In this document: positions 12,421 to 26,914 of the stretch, piece by piece
Layout: the number at the start of each line of letters is the position of its first letter
How positions within the stretch are numbered: position 1 is the stretch's first letter
Source of the DNA: Octopus vulgaris
Lineage: Eukaryota
Reading direction: 5' to 3'
NCBI GenBank assembly: GCA_951406725.2
Contig: OX597814.1
Location: forward strand, 22,444,001-22,508,000
Length of the DNA: 64,000 bases
Position numbers and translations under genes: made by a program
Notes under the pieces: generated by a model
What the model was told of the DNA's origin: nothing
What the model saw: only the letters and a program-made list of their open reading frames with translations
Database searches by the model: none

Positions 12421-12827
12421 CTATCTTATACGCTCAGTATGGTCGGATGGTTAAGATGTTCGCTTTGCAAATATGAGGTTCTGAGTAAGATCCAACAACA
12501 TGGTACCTGTGGTAAGTCCGAATTTTTTATGTTCATCCATATATTAAGAGTAACATTGGGTTGACGGAAATTATGTAGAGCTCCATAAGATGGATAATGA
12601 TACGAACATACAGTCTTTTTTTTTAACGCGCACTCTCACTGTTACGGCTCAGAAGAATTACATTAAGTTTACATGTGTCTATGGAATACTCAGCTAGTTA
12701 CACGCTAATTCAATGCATAAGTGATTCAATTGATTTAACAAATGAATACTAATCGTCGAAACAGCGAAAATCTTACACACACACTCACACACAAATACAT
12801 ACATACATACATACATACATACATACA

Positions 12828-12862
<35 letters not shown>

Positions 12863-12867
12863 CTATA

Positions 12868-12931
<64 letters not shown>

Positions 12932-12943
12932 AAGTGGAGTTGT

Positions 12944-12978
<35 letters not shown>

Positions 12979-12992
12979 CAAAGTGGAGTTGT

Positions 12993-13048
<56 letters not shown>

Positions 13049-13516
13049 CTGTATTGCCTGTATCACGTGTATTGACGAGATTGCTGGATGTTCTAATTCA
13101 GTTCCTGTATCTTCAGATTCACTTTTAATTGCGCCCTTCTTTTCCATCATGAGCCAAATTACTTAATTAAATTGTCTTCCTATCGTCTTCTTATTCTCTC
13201 TATTAGTCTGTCTCTTTCACACATATATGTAACATATGTCTTGGTAAACGAGTATACAGTTTATTAAAATGTCACTTTTCGATTTCAAGGAAATGGTGAA
13301 ACTAAGATATCGCATGATGAATGAATAGCGAAAAAGTGATTTTGAATGTATTCAGCCTTATCGTTTGTATTTTGTTTTATTTACTTCGCTATTACTCTAA
13401 ATCCTTTATTAGGTACTTATTAGTTATTGTTTTAACTATTGATTTTCGTTTCTACGTCGTACAATGATATTATATGTTCGTGTGTGTGCGTGTGTGTGTA
13501 TGAATGAACTTTTATA

Positions 13517-13551
<35 letters not shown>

Positions 13552-14499
13552 CTTTGGTCGGACTATTATATTGGATATTTATTCTTCTTTTTAAGGTTCA
13601 AAATATTCACGTTTGAAGTTCTGAGAGGGCTAGAGTTTCATTTCGTGCGTTTTACTTTCCCACATAATTTTGTTCCTATTGATATTTGATGTTAACACTG
13701 TTTGACCAAGATCAATACATTACACTACTTATTTGTTTTTATATTTGTTATGATGTCGGTGATTTGCTTTAATGGCCTTTCAACGTCTGTCTGCTTTAGT
13801 TTATTCTAAGTCGATTTATAAATATATTCAAAGTGAGTACATTATTCTGATTAATCAGCCTTCTGGAGCTAAATAACCTAGGACACAAGAGACCAGCTTG
13901 ATGAGGTTTACGTCAAGAATTCAGACATATATTACCGAAAAATTCTAATGACTTTTAGGCAAGACTTTCTAGTATTCGAAGATTCTGCGTTCTTTCACAA
14001 AACGTTCTTTCAAGTATTTATCATGTGCTATTGTTTTCACGTTTTGCCTAATATCGATATTGCTATCTTGTATCCATCATTCATAATATCTTTATAGATA
14101 AAATTATATAATTTTGTATTTAGTCGGAAAGCTAAATAATATATACATGTATGGCGACCCATCGGGGGAGCCTTTACGTGTTCAATTAAACTACCAAATT
14201 TGCTTCAAATCATAAGTTAAGGAAGGAATAATGTATAAGATAATGGGATCTCTGACAAAGAGCCTTTTATTAGATTTACAAATAAATACGAGTTTAATTT
14301 ATTTGTAAAGCGAAAATTAATAGTTAAAACAATAACACACAGACACAGACACACAAACACGAGCTTACATGTGCATACACGGACGCACGCGCACACACAT
14401 GCACACATACACGCGCGCGCACACACACACATACGCATACACACACATTCATATTCATTTATTTGTACATAAGTATATTCGGATGCATGTACCCATGTA

Positions 14500-17400
14500 T
14501 ACCACACTTGCATACACAGAAGGCAAACACAAAAACACTCGCATGTAAAGAAGACACAAGCAAAACACACTTGTATATAAATGAGACACAAATCAGACAA
14601 GCTTGCAAATAAAGAAGACACAAGCAAGACTCACATGCAAATAGAGAAGACACAAGCAACACACACTTGTATATAAAGAAGACACCATCAAGACACACTT
14701 GCAAATAAAGATGACACAAGCAAAACACATTTGCATATACAAAAAGACACAAGCAAAACACACTTGCATAAAAAACCTCAAACAGATACACTTGCAAATA
14801 AAGAAGACACAAGCAAGAAAAACTTGCAAATAAAAAAGACACAAATAAGGCACGTTTGTATATAACGAAAACACAAGCAAGACACACTTGCATGTAGAGA
14901 AGACACAAGCTAGAAACAACTTTATATAAAGAAGGCACAAGGAAACACACTTTTATATATAAAAGACACAATCAAAATAGACTTGCATATAAACAAGAAA
15001 CAAACAAGACACACTTGTATATAAAGAAGTCACAAGCAAGACACAATTGCTTAGAAATAAGACACAAGCAAGACACTCTTGTATATAAAGAAGTCACAAG
15101 CAGGGTACACTTGCAAATAAAGAAGAAAGAAGCAAGACATGTTGGCATATAAATAAGACGCAAGCAAGAAACATTTGTATATAAAGAAGAGCCAAGCAGG
15201 ATACATTTGCTTAAAAAGATGATCCAGCAAGATACACTTGCACATAAAGAAGACACAAGAAAGACAGTCTTGTATAGTACGAAGATACAAGCAAAGCACA
15301 CTTGCATATTAAGAGGATGGAACGAAGACACACTTGGTATATAAAGAAGACACAAGCATGACACCCTTGCATAGAAAGAGGACAAAAGCAAGACACACTT
15401 GTATATAACGAACACACTAGCAGGACAAGCAGATAAAGACGATACGAACATGACACACAAATAAAGAAGGCAGAAGCAAGACACACCTTCAAATAAAGAA
15501 GACACAAACAAGTCACACTTGCTTATAAAGAAAGCACAAGCAAGAGGCACTTGCATGTAAAGAAGACACACGCTAGACATGCTTGTATATAACGAAAATA
15601 CTAGCCAGACACATCTGTATTTAAAGAAAACAGAAGTAAGTCACTTTCAAATAAAGAAGCCATAAACAAGACACGCATATAAAGAAGATACGAGCAAGCA
15701 AGACATACTTGCATAAGAAATAAAATCAGGCAAGACACACTTGCCAATAAAGAAGACAGAAGCAAGACATACATTTATATAAAGAAGACACAGGCAAGAC
15801 TCACCTGTATATAAAGAAGTCTGAAGTAGGACACACTTGCATATAAAGAAGACACTGGCCAGATACACTTGCAAATAAAGAAGACGCAAACAAGAAACAC
15901 TTATATATACAAAGAAGACACAAGTAAGACACACTTGCATGTAATGAAGACGCAAACAAGAAACACTTATATACAAAGAAGACACAAGTAAGACACACTT
16001 GCATGTAATGAAGACGCAAACAAGAAACACTTATATATACAAAGAAGACACAAGTAAGACACACTTGCATGTAATGAAGACGCAAACAAGAAACACTTAT
16101 ATACAAAGAAGACACAAGTAAGACACACTTGCATGTAATGAAGACGCAAACAAGAAACATTTATATACAAAGAAGACACAAGTAAGACACACTTGCATGT
16201 AATGAAGACGCAAACAAGAAACACTTATATACAAAGAAGACACAAGTAAGACACACTTGCATGTAATGAAGACGCAAACAAGAAACACTTACATACAAAG
16301 AAGACACAAGTAAGACACACTTGCATGTAATGAAGACGCAAACAAGAAACACTTACATACAAAGAAGACACAAGTAAGACACACTTGCATGTAATGAAGA
16401 CGCAAACAAGAAACACTTACATACAAAGAAGACACAAGTAAGACACACTTACATGTAATGAAGACGCAAGCAAGAAACACTTATATATACAAAGAAGACA
16501 CAAGTAAGATACACTTGCAAATAAAGAAGACGCAAACAAGAAACACTTATATATACAAAGAAGACACAAGTAAGACACACTTGCATGTAATGAAGACGCA
16601 AGCAAGACATACCTGCATATCAAGAAGACAGAAGCAAACGACATTAGCAAATAGAGAAAGCACAAGCAAGGAAGCATATAAAGAGACTATAAACAAGAAA
16701 AGCATGTAAAGAAGACACAAGCAAGACACACTTGTATATAAAAAATACACAAGCAAGGCACACCTGCATATAAAAAGAAAAACAGAAGCAAACCACACTT
16801 GCATGAAAAGAGGGTACAAGCAAAACACACTTGCATAAAACGAAAACTAAAAAAGGACACCCTTGCAAATAAAGACACAAGCAAGAAAAAATTGCATATA
16901 AAGAAGACACAAGCCAGACATAATTGGATCTAAAGAAGACACAAGCAAGACGCACTTTGATGTAAAAAAGACACAGGCAACACTTACTTGGATGTAAAGA
17001 AAACACAGGCAAGGCACACTTGTAAATAAAGAAGACACCAGCAAGACACGCATATAAAGAGGACACAAGTAAGACATTTGCATATAAAGAAGACACAAGC
17101 AAGACAGTTGCATATAAAGATACAAGCAAAAGACACTCGCATATATAGAAGTCAATAGCAGGGTACATATGCATTCAAACAAGACAGAAGCAAGTCACAC
17201 TTCCATATAAAGAAGACACAAGGAAAACATACTTGCATATACAGAAGACAGAAGGATGACACATTTTCATACATAGAATATACAACCCAAATACACTTGC
17301 ATAGAAAGAAGACACAAGCAAGACACTCTTGTACATGACGAAAATACAAGCAAGATACGCATATAAAGAAGAGACGCACAAGACACACTTGCACATCAAG

Positions 17401-18410
17401 AGGACACTTGCAAAAAAGGAGGACACAAGCAAAACACACTTGCATATACAGAAAACACAAACAAGACACACTTGCATATAAAGAAACATAAGCAAAACAT
17501 ACTTGCATAGAAAGAAGATTCAAGGAAAAACACTTACATATAAAGAGGATACAAGTAAGAGACACTTGCTTATAAGGAAGACACAAGGAAGAGACGGATA
17601 TGAAGAAGACACAAGCAAGAAACGCATAAAAAAGAAGACACAAGCAAGACACACTTACATAGAAATAAGACGTAGACAATTAACACTTGAGTATAAAGAA
17701 AACACAAATAAGACACACTTGCATATAAAGAAGACACAAAAAACACACTTGCAGAAGCCATTGGCATATAAAAAAGTCATAAGCAAGACGCACCTTTATA
17801 TAAAGACACAAGTATGACACACTTGCATGTAAAGAAGATGGAAGCAAGACACGTATATACAGAAGATACGAAAAAGAGACACTTACAAATAAAGAAGACA
17901 CAAGCCAAGACACACTTGCATATAAAGAAGGCACAAGCAAGATACGCTTCCATGTGAAAAAGACGGAGGGAACACAGTTTCCTAAAAAGAAGACACAAGG
18001 AAGAGACAGTTGTATATATAAAGAAGACACAAGCGAGACACACTTGCATATACAAAAGACACATGCAAGAAATACTTGCATGTGTAAAGAAGGCAGAAAC
18101 AAGTCACTTTGCATATATTGAAGACGCAAGCCAGACACACTTCCATATAAAACACAGTAGCATAAAAAGAAGTCACAATCAAGAACACCTCCGTATACAG
18201 AAGACACAAGCAAAACGAACTTTTATATAAAGAAGGCACTATCAAGACACACTAGTATATAAAGAAGACGCAAGCAAGACACACTTTTATATAAAGACAC
18301 ACCAAGACACGCATATAACGACGACACAAGCAAGACACGCTTGTATATAAGGAAGTCATAAGCAAACACACCTGCACAGAAAGAAGACACAAGCAAGACA
18401 CACTTGCTTA
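14500..18410. repeat. ~3.9-kb minisatellite of ~32-bp monomers (consensus ~acacacttgcatataaagaagacacaagcaag) with a homogenised 64-bp dimer core
   Basis: Monomer visible throughout; near-identical 64-bp units at ~15880-16600 (ORF starts step by 64: 16160, 16224, 16288, 16352, 16416, 16480). Confidence 0.95.
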
Positions 18411-18689
18411 TGTGTGCATAACTAGTTCTTTGTTCGTTTTTTTACTTGTTTATTGAGCGTACAGTTGGTGGTCTATCAGAGAACAAAACAAGTATCGGAT
18501 TGAAATAAGAAATGGGTCGATATAATCGATGATGATCCATTGAATTGACTCCTTCATTATCGCCGCAATCCAATGACAGGAAGCATTGAAATATTATAAG
18601 AAAAAATGAACAGGGATGACTTGCGTCTAAACAAGAGTAGCAGACTATTCCATGAATATAAATGAAATTATTGGAGAAACTATTGACAG

Positions 18690-18890
18690 AAATATGATAC
18701 AGGGTATTCACAACGTCTCCGCAGTAAGTGCTTAATGGTTTTCGGGCAATTCTTGTACACTGGTACTTTACTTGCACCCCAGAAAAAAATGTCTGGCGGT
18801 GTTAAATCAGGTGATCTTGGTGGCCAAAGTCCCTTGGATATAATCCGTTAACCGAAAAACTCTTGAAGTAGCGCCATGGTGATGCACAGG
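18690..18890 (-). mobile_element. Tc1/mariner-superfamily transposase C-terminal remnant
   Basis: Minus strand reads TMALLQEFFG*RIISKGLWPPRSPDLTPPDIFFWG, the conserved WPPRSPDL.P.D motif. Confidence 0.85.
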
Positions 18891-18950
18891 ACGAAAAACC
18901 ACTACTTAAAGAGTTTTTCGGTGAACGGATTATTTCCAAGGGACATTTAT

Positions 18951-18993
<43 letters not shown>

Positions 18994-19009
18994 ACACACA
19001 CACACACAC

Positions 19010-19076
<67 letters not shown>

Positions 19077-19261
19077 TATATGAATTTTTAAAATAAACAT
19101 ACAAATTTCCGCACGAAGACACGTAGTCTATGCCCTTGGGACGTAGCTTCAACCGTGTTCTTTCTGATGTGAATTTGCTACCCAGGTATCGGTTATCTTT
19201 CGAATTATCCTTAATAAGATAATTCATTCAACTACTCAAATATATATATTCATATATATAT

Positions 19262-20320
19262 ACCCTGGCCTATTCCCCGTATTTTAGGAGGGGGTAGCCA
19301 CAACAAGACACATACCAAGCATTCCATTAATTTCCCTGCTCAAAGAGGCTAGCACCGTTCTATGCTCGGGTCAAGGCACAGAACAGAATGCAACCTCCAA
19401 TATCAGCAGCGGGACCCGACAGCATATGTTAGTTAACCACCGCCGCATCATGCTGGTTCTGTACACCTATGACCAACATTAAATTCACTTATCGATCCAC
19501 AAAAACTCTCCAAGCTTTTCTATCATTTATAAACTCTCTTGCCTCTCTCACTCCAACACCTGTAGCCACCAAAGCTTTCGTCACTCCATCCACCCTCACA
19601 AACCGATATCTGCTTCTGGTTCTGCTGCCTACTACTTCTGCCTTCATCATCCTCCTTACCATCCATTCCTCATCCTTTCTCTTCATGTGGCCAAACCACC
19701 TCAATATTTGTCTATCTATTTTGGTTGTTAGTTTTTCTCTCATTTCTGCTTGCCTTCGCACCTCCACATTCCTCATCCTGTTCATCCGTGTTACACCAAC
19801 CATAGCCCTCAGACGTCTCAACTCAAAACACATCTAGTCGCCTCTTTTCCGCCTCTCTCAGAACCCATGGCTCTGCTCTATATAACATTGGCGGCACAAT
19901 CACTCTCTCATACACGCTTTCATACTCAACCTTTTAACTCTCAACATACTGTTCACAACTCCAAGTATATTACTCCCCACCTTACTCTGTATCACACTTC
20001 CCTAGCCACCCCCATCCACTGTCGCATATGGTCTGAGATACTTAAAAACACTCACCTCCTCTAACATCTCATTATTTAAACTCACATCTTAGCTACATTC
20101 AATTTCATGTTTCCTTCTCTCACACACTCCATCCATATATAAATTAATCAGCCACGAAAGACATCACACAACCCTGTCTTAACCCCATCTTCACATGAAA
20201 CCATCCACTAACGCACGCCCTACTTTCTCTATAAAAACTCTGAACAGCTCTCAACAATCTACCATCTACTCCATACAATCACAACACCTGCCACATTGCA
20301 TCCCTATCCACACGGCCATT
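19262..20320 (-). mobile_element. 3' fragment of an RTE-group LINE with 3' UTR
   Basis: FELRRLRAMVGVTRMNRMRNVEVR..ILRWFGHMKRKDEEWMVRRMMKAEVVGSR (19489-19833); abuts TA repeats. Confidence 0.85.
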
Positions 20321-20386
20321 TATAATATATACATATATATATATACGTACATATGTATATAAACACACGTAAGTACGCATTTCTGA

Positions 20387-20718
20387 AGGCACATGACTCA
20401 GTAGTTAGAGCGTCGAGCTTACGATCGTGAGGTTTTGAGTTCGAATCCCGGACCGGGCTGCGTGTTGTGTTCTTGAGCAAGACACTTTATTTCACGTTGC
20501 TCCATTTCACTCAGCTGTGGAAATGAGTTGCGACGTCACAGGTGCCAAGCTGTATCGGTCTTTGCTTTTCCCGTGGATAACACTTGTGGCGTGGAGACGA
20601 GAGGTCGGTATGCATGGGCATCTGCTGGTCTTCCATAAACAAGCTAGCCCGTACTTGTGCCTGGGAGGGTAATTTTCTAGGTGCAATCCGATGGTCAGTC
20701 GTGACCGAAGGAGGTCTC
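20387..20718 (+). mobile_element. tRNA-derived SINE
   Basis: Pol III A box (tgactcagtag) and B box (gttcgaatcc); central gttgtgttcttgagcaagacactttatttcacgttgctcc shared with 28904-29220. Confidence 0.88.
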
Positions 20719-21139
20719 AGTACGCATTTAAGTGCACAAATTCACTTACGTACACTTTATTACTGGCAAATGCACGCGTGCATACACATCTGTCTACTCA
20801 CGTTTTTTTTTTTCAAACGAGTTGCCATAAAGGAATATTTGGTACCATAATATTCTAGTTAATTTTAAGATTTATCTGCAGTGACTTATTGCTGATACAA
20901 CAAAGTTTATGAGTGTGCGGTAGGTGTCTACGGAATCAAGTGAACTTTTTATGACGTCTGTTGGAAAAGTGCTTCAATATTTTTATGAGTATTTGATATC
21001 CATCATCCCCGAAAATATCTACCAAAATGTCTGCTTTATTAAATAAAGAAACCTTTGGGATTATCATGTCAACTTCGGTGATTTTCCTCTGTTTTACTTT
21101 CAAATTTGTGCCAATCGAAGAACGGTTTTTGATTACTAT

Positions 21140-21178
21140 TGTTATTAAATCATCATCATCACCATCATCATCCACATG

Positions 21179-21252
<74 letters not shown>

Positions 21253-21299
21253 CATTATTATTTTTTTTATTGTTATTATTATTATTGTTATTATTATTA

Positions 21300-21357
<58 letters not shown>

Positions 21358-21371
21358 CATTATTATTATTA

Positions 21372-21407
<36 letters not shown>
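21140..21407. repeat. (TTA)n microsatellite with leading (TCA)n
   Basis: Directly visible. Confidence 0.97.
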
Positions 21408-21408
<1 letters not shown>

Positions 21409-21673
21409 GTTATAGGAGCAGATGTCTTATTGATGTTGCCATATTCTATTAATTTATACTTTGGTCTACACCATTTACCCATTTACAATTCTGTTTACAT
21501 GATATTTTGATAATACATTAATCTCAGAGAAAGTATTCTAATGTGTGTAATCCGACTGCAATCTAATAATAAAATGGGAAGTATTGTTTATTACTAATGC
21601 TTTTCATTCATTCATATTATCTTTTAATTGTATTATATCTTCACTCATACTGATCTCTCTGCCTGTCTGCCTG

Positions 21674-22055
<382 letters not shown>

Positions 22056-22521
22056 GATGAACTAAAATCGAATGGACGGTCAACATAGTTATACTTATGT
22101 AGATGGATACATACACACATCATATTGATACTTTGTTCGGACACAGACAGCATATTCTTACTCATGATGTAGCAACAGAGCTAACTGCTATCGTTTATGT
22201 CATCAACGGAAAGTAATAAGAAACTGAAAATTCTAGAATTTCTCTAGTTTCATTCGTTGTAAAAAGAAAACGAAGTTTTACAGTAGAGTGCAGAATAAAA
22301 TGGCGAATTCGAGAATAATAGTAATTTTTACCGCGTAGCGAGTTAAGGGGTGGTAGGGTGGCAAAATTGTTAGAGTGTTTGGCCTAGTGTTTTGCAACAT
22401 TCTTTCCGACTCTTTACGTTTTAAGTTCAAGTCCTACTAATGTAAGAATCCATAAAATATAGTACTAGGGTTGACGTAACTGACCGCAGTATTTATTTTT
22501 AAGTATGCTGATACTCTCTCT

Positions 22522-22706
22522 CAATGATCCACAACCTTTTTTCAGTTGCGGTACACCTACATTTTCTTCAAAATTCAGTGGCACACCAGAACTAAAATTA
22601 TAGCTAAAAATATAGGGAAAAAATTATAACCAGGTTACACTGCGGCACAACTAACATCGTCTCGTGACACACCAGTGTGCTGCGGCATACCGGTTGCGGA
22701 GCACTG
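22522..22706. mobile_element. hAT-type MITE (185 bp)
   Basis: TIRs CAATGATCCACAACC / reverse complement CAGTGCTCCGCAACC; internal gcggcacacc-like subterminal repeats; imperfect 8-bp flanks ctctctct / gtctatct. Confidence 0.65.
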
Positions 22707-22724
22707 GTCTATCTGACTCTTGCT

Positions 22725-22926
22725 GTTGAACTGTTAAGTGAGGCTTACGTAAACAAACCAATACGGGTTGTCAAGCGATCGTAGGGGTGACAAAACAAAC
22801 ACAAATATAAGCACACACACACACACGCTCACGGACAAAAAAGCACGCACACACACACGCTCACGGACAAAAAAAGCACGCACACACACACGCACACACA
22901 CACAGACACGCACACAAACACACACA

Positions 22927-22972
<46 letters not shown>

Positions 22973-23085
22973 TAAAAAGCTTGCACACACTTTCTGTATA
23001 CCAAATTCACTTCTGAGGTGGAACCGTGATTATACTGGAAGATAATAGCACAAGTTGCCGCGCAGTGGGACTCAACTTGAAGTCA
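22725..23085 (-). mobile_element. Degraded SINE of the microsatellite-containing family
   Basis: ggttgtcaagcgat and gccgcgcagtgggactcaac match 42885-43287; internal (CA)n. Confidence 0.65.
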
Positions 23086-23479
23086 TCGGTATAAGAATTC
23101 TAGAACTTTTTTAGTCTTTTCTGTATTTCATCTTACTATCTTCCCTCAATCGTAAATGAACTATTTATTTCTTTAAGACAGCTTTTACTCGCATACTAAT
23201 ATGACGGGAAAAATATTAACTAGTTTGGGTGCTCTGTTCGGACAGGATATAATGTGTATATGATCATCTAAATATCTTTAATACTATATACGTATTTTCG
23301 AAAGTCCGTCCAACATTTTAGAATTATATTGTTAATGTTGATATGAATATTTGCAGGGAGACAACATTTTCGTTATATCTAAGCGTTGTTATTTTGAATA
23401 TTATGCGCGTGTATGTGTGTATGTGCGTCTGAGCGAATGCATCTGTGTGTTTGTACGTGTATATGTGTATGCATTTGTA

Positions 23480-24708
23480 CAGGGTGTTGCAGATCAACTG
23501 AGACAATTTTTATAAATACTAAATTTAGGGTAGCAGGCAGATATAATTTTAACGTAACATTTATTACAACAAAAACATTTATCACGCAATATGGCCGCCC
23601 TTTTGGGCAAAAGTGCTTCCACACGAGAACGAAATGTTTTTGCAATTGCTGCAACCTCCATCGTTTTGGTTTGCATGTCGCACGCACGATACAGGTCTTC
23701 AAACTGTTGACACTCGGTGTGGTGAAGCATTGGTCCTTGCTTGAAGTACGCTCCATAAAAAAATTATCGAGAAGGTCCGGATTCGGGCTATTACTGGGCG
23801 TGATGTTGGCCCTAACAAAAAATGGCACCCTCTCATCAAAGAAGGCCTGTGTTACTTTTGACCCATGGCATGGATCAAAATCCTGGATAAGCACCGCATT
23901 GTCAAGCCCAAACTTCTTCTCCATCCAAAGTAAGAGGGAATCCTTCAGGATGTTCAGACACTCCTTTGTGCCAATCTTCAAGCTAGACTCAATGAAGTGT
24001 GGATCCATAACAGTTCCCTCACTCGCCACGGCTCCAAATGACATCACAGAGGGAGGATTCTTAGTCTCAAACACAGAGGCGACGTGAGAAGGGTTGAATG
24101 CAATCATTCGAGAATTTCTGCGATTCACCTCAGCGCCCACAGCAAACTTCCTGCACCTTGATGAATGACAGAATCTTTGGACAGCCCTCGGCTCTGATTG
24201 CTTTGGCCTTGGCTGTTAGGAGGAGACGGCGGCATCGAACAGAGCTAGTCAGGCCAAAATTCCTGTTCACAGCTCTTGAAACCGCGGAAATGGACACATT
24301 GTGTTTTTGCAAGATTTGTTATGGATGCGGATGGGTTAGCTCCAATCAAGCGTTTGAGGCTAGCGAGAAACTTTCGATTGCGCTTGGAATCACTTCGAGT
24401 CTTGTGCTCTTTTCTATCAATCTTTCCCTCTTCTTTAAATTGTTTATACACACGATAAACCGTTGCTTTTGGAATTTTTGTCCACTTAACAATTTTATTA
24501 GCAGTGTGCCTGGCGCGCGCCAAAACAACCACGACGGAATGATTCTGCTGTTCCATGCCTTTCTGTTGTCGAATCAGTTCGCTATTTACCTAAAAAATAA
24601 AGAGGAGGATTAGATTTTCAAGCAAGCAAGGTTTTGCCAAAAAAATGAAATACTAAACCCACTAAGTCAACTGCTTAAAATTTCTCTCACTTTATCTGCA
24701 AGACCCTG
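23480..24708 (-). mobile_element. Tc1/mariner (maT/DD37D-like) DNA transposon with both ends intact and a decayed transposase
   Basis: TIRs CAGGGTGTTGCAGATCAACTGAGACAATTTT / CAGGGTCTTGCAGATAAAGTGAGAGAAATTTT; TA duplications at 23478-79 and 24709-10; HTH (IPKATVYRVYKQFKEEG), VMSFGAVASEG, IQDFDPCH, SNSPNPDLLDNFF in broken frames. Confidence 0.93.
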
Positions 24709-26439
24709 TATATATATGTATACATGTATATATGTGTATGTATGTAAATATGTATATATGTATATACAGTTATTTTTATATATGTGTATACACTCATACA
24801 TACACACACACACAAATGCACACTTCTACAAGAGCTGGCGCCACATATCTGATTCAAATTTCACATGGTATGCCAGCTGTTATAATCACGATTAACGCTC
24901 TCCCCTTTGCATTGAGTATTACATTGTTATGACTTTCATGGCTGTATTTACGTAAGCTATATATACACGTATACATACATACATACATTCATACATACAT
25001 ACATACATACATACATACATACATACATACATACACACACATATTTACACTTATAATTATATATGTGTGTCCTTATGTGTATATGTGTGTACAATAGTTG
25101 TTGATGGGACATTGATGCGGAAACGTATTTAAGCGAATGAACGTATCCATTACAGTTGGGTAGATTTGAATAATATTTATTTAACCGTACCTAACTATAT
25201 TAAGTTATATATACCTATAACAATGTATAAAAATATATAAGAACAAATCTATAGAACAAATCTGTTTAGGGTGAACTTTTGAATAAATATATTTTCACAA
25301 ATTCATATGAACAATTCTACGAAGGACTTGAAGGGCCATGGGGTGAATTTATCTATGTGCAAATATATGAAAACTAGCGATAAGTGAATGAAAGATGTTT
25401 AAAGAATTTGTGATAAAATACTTTTAATTCTGAATATGTTGTATGACTGTTTTTTATTGTGAATAAATACATAGCTTACATTGTGTATTGTCTGTTATCT
25501 AAGCTAAAAAAATTTTATAACGAGAGGATCGAAGCATATCAGATACATGTCAACTGTTGGGAATTTCACGTGATGTATGTTCATATTCGGTAGATATGCG
25601 CATTCTGGTGCACATATGACTTCGCGCGCACATATACTCACGTGCAACTTGATACAGTGTTGCACACAGCATGCAAAGCCATGCTTGCGCCATTGTGCTT
25701 GTGCGTACACACGCATCCACATATGTATATATATATGCCTAATTATGATACATACATACACATACACACATGAATACATACACATACACACATGCATACA
25801 TACACACATAAATACGCACACACATATACATATATATATATATATATATGCATGTATGTATATAAATATATGTGTGTGTATATATATACATATATACATG
25901 TGTGTGTGTGTGTGCTAAATATATGTCTGTTATATATGTATGCCTACATATATTCGTTCGTGCACATCTAAACAATCTCTGCATATAATCACACACATAT
26001 CCCTACACACATACATAAGCATGCATACGAGCATGCCTTATATCTGACCATGTATCCTGATGATGTGCTTGTAAAGTCACATGCAAGCACGTAAACATGC
26101 ATGCAAATTTATACAAATGTATGCAAATGTGTATCTCTATTCATGGATATATAAATCGCATGAGGATGTGCACCAGTGCATGAAGACGAGATATACAAAT
26201 TTGCAAAATACAAAAATGCAAATATCGAAAAATAAAGAATCACAAAAATACAGAATTCAAATTTACAGAAAACTGGAATCGAAATACATGAATGCTCACA
26301 AATTTATACCAATGGCTATAGTTACAAAGTATATTGGTAAGTGGATATAAATCCAAAAGAGTACTTCTTTATATAATTTCGTGCATAGGAGTAAAAAAGA
26401 ATTTAAGTAGAGATTACTTAAAAATAACGGGAAAATATC

Positions 26440-26645
26440 CTTTCTTCTATAAGCACAGGCCTAAAGTTTTGGGAGAGGCACAAGTCGATGACATCTATCC
26501 CAGTGATTAAGTGATCCTTATTTGATAGAACCGAAAATCATAAGGCAAAGTCGACCTCATTGGAAATTAAGCTCAGAAAGTAAAGACGGACGAATTGCCG
26601 TTAAGTATTTTGTGTGGTGTGCGGGCGAGCCTGCCAGCTCGGGAA
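26440..26645 (-). mobile_element. Degraded SINE (same family as 51518-51747)
   Basis: aaggcaaagtcgacctc..ggaa..aagctcagaa..gacggacgaa..ctgccagctcg matches 51640-51745. Confidence 0.7.
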
Positions 26646-26914
26646 TAAATATCGTCCTTCGTCGTTGGTTTTTTTAATGTTTTTTTTTTTCTATAAATCT
26701 TTAAGCCTACATATACAAAAAGCTATCAGTTCACGTTTGAAGTTCAATATTGGTCCGGACTAATTTCATATGGCCAACTTCTTCATGAAACACAGCTTGG
26801 AGTTTCCTTAATGCAAGTAATTTAAAGTGCAGTTATGGCATCTATGTTTGGTGAAAGGTGTGTTTGTATCTAAGGCATCCAGTATCTATGAATGTCTCTT
26901 CTAATTATCTAATT

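Noticed and set aside
15880-16600. Regular repeats resembling a CRISPR array
   Set aside because: No unique spacers and no cas genes; eukaryotic satellite
14217-18245. Many Cys/Leu/Val-rich ORFs
   Set aside because: Translations of the 32/64-bp satellite; no zinc-finger spacing and the unit is not a multiple of 3
20387-20470. tRNA gene calls for the SINE heads (also 29150-29220, 31070-31140)
   Set aside because: A and B boxes are present but there is no complete cloverleaf, and they continue into SINE bodies
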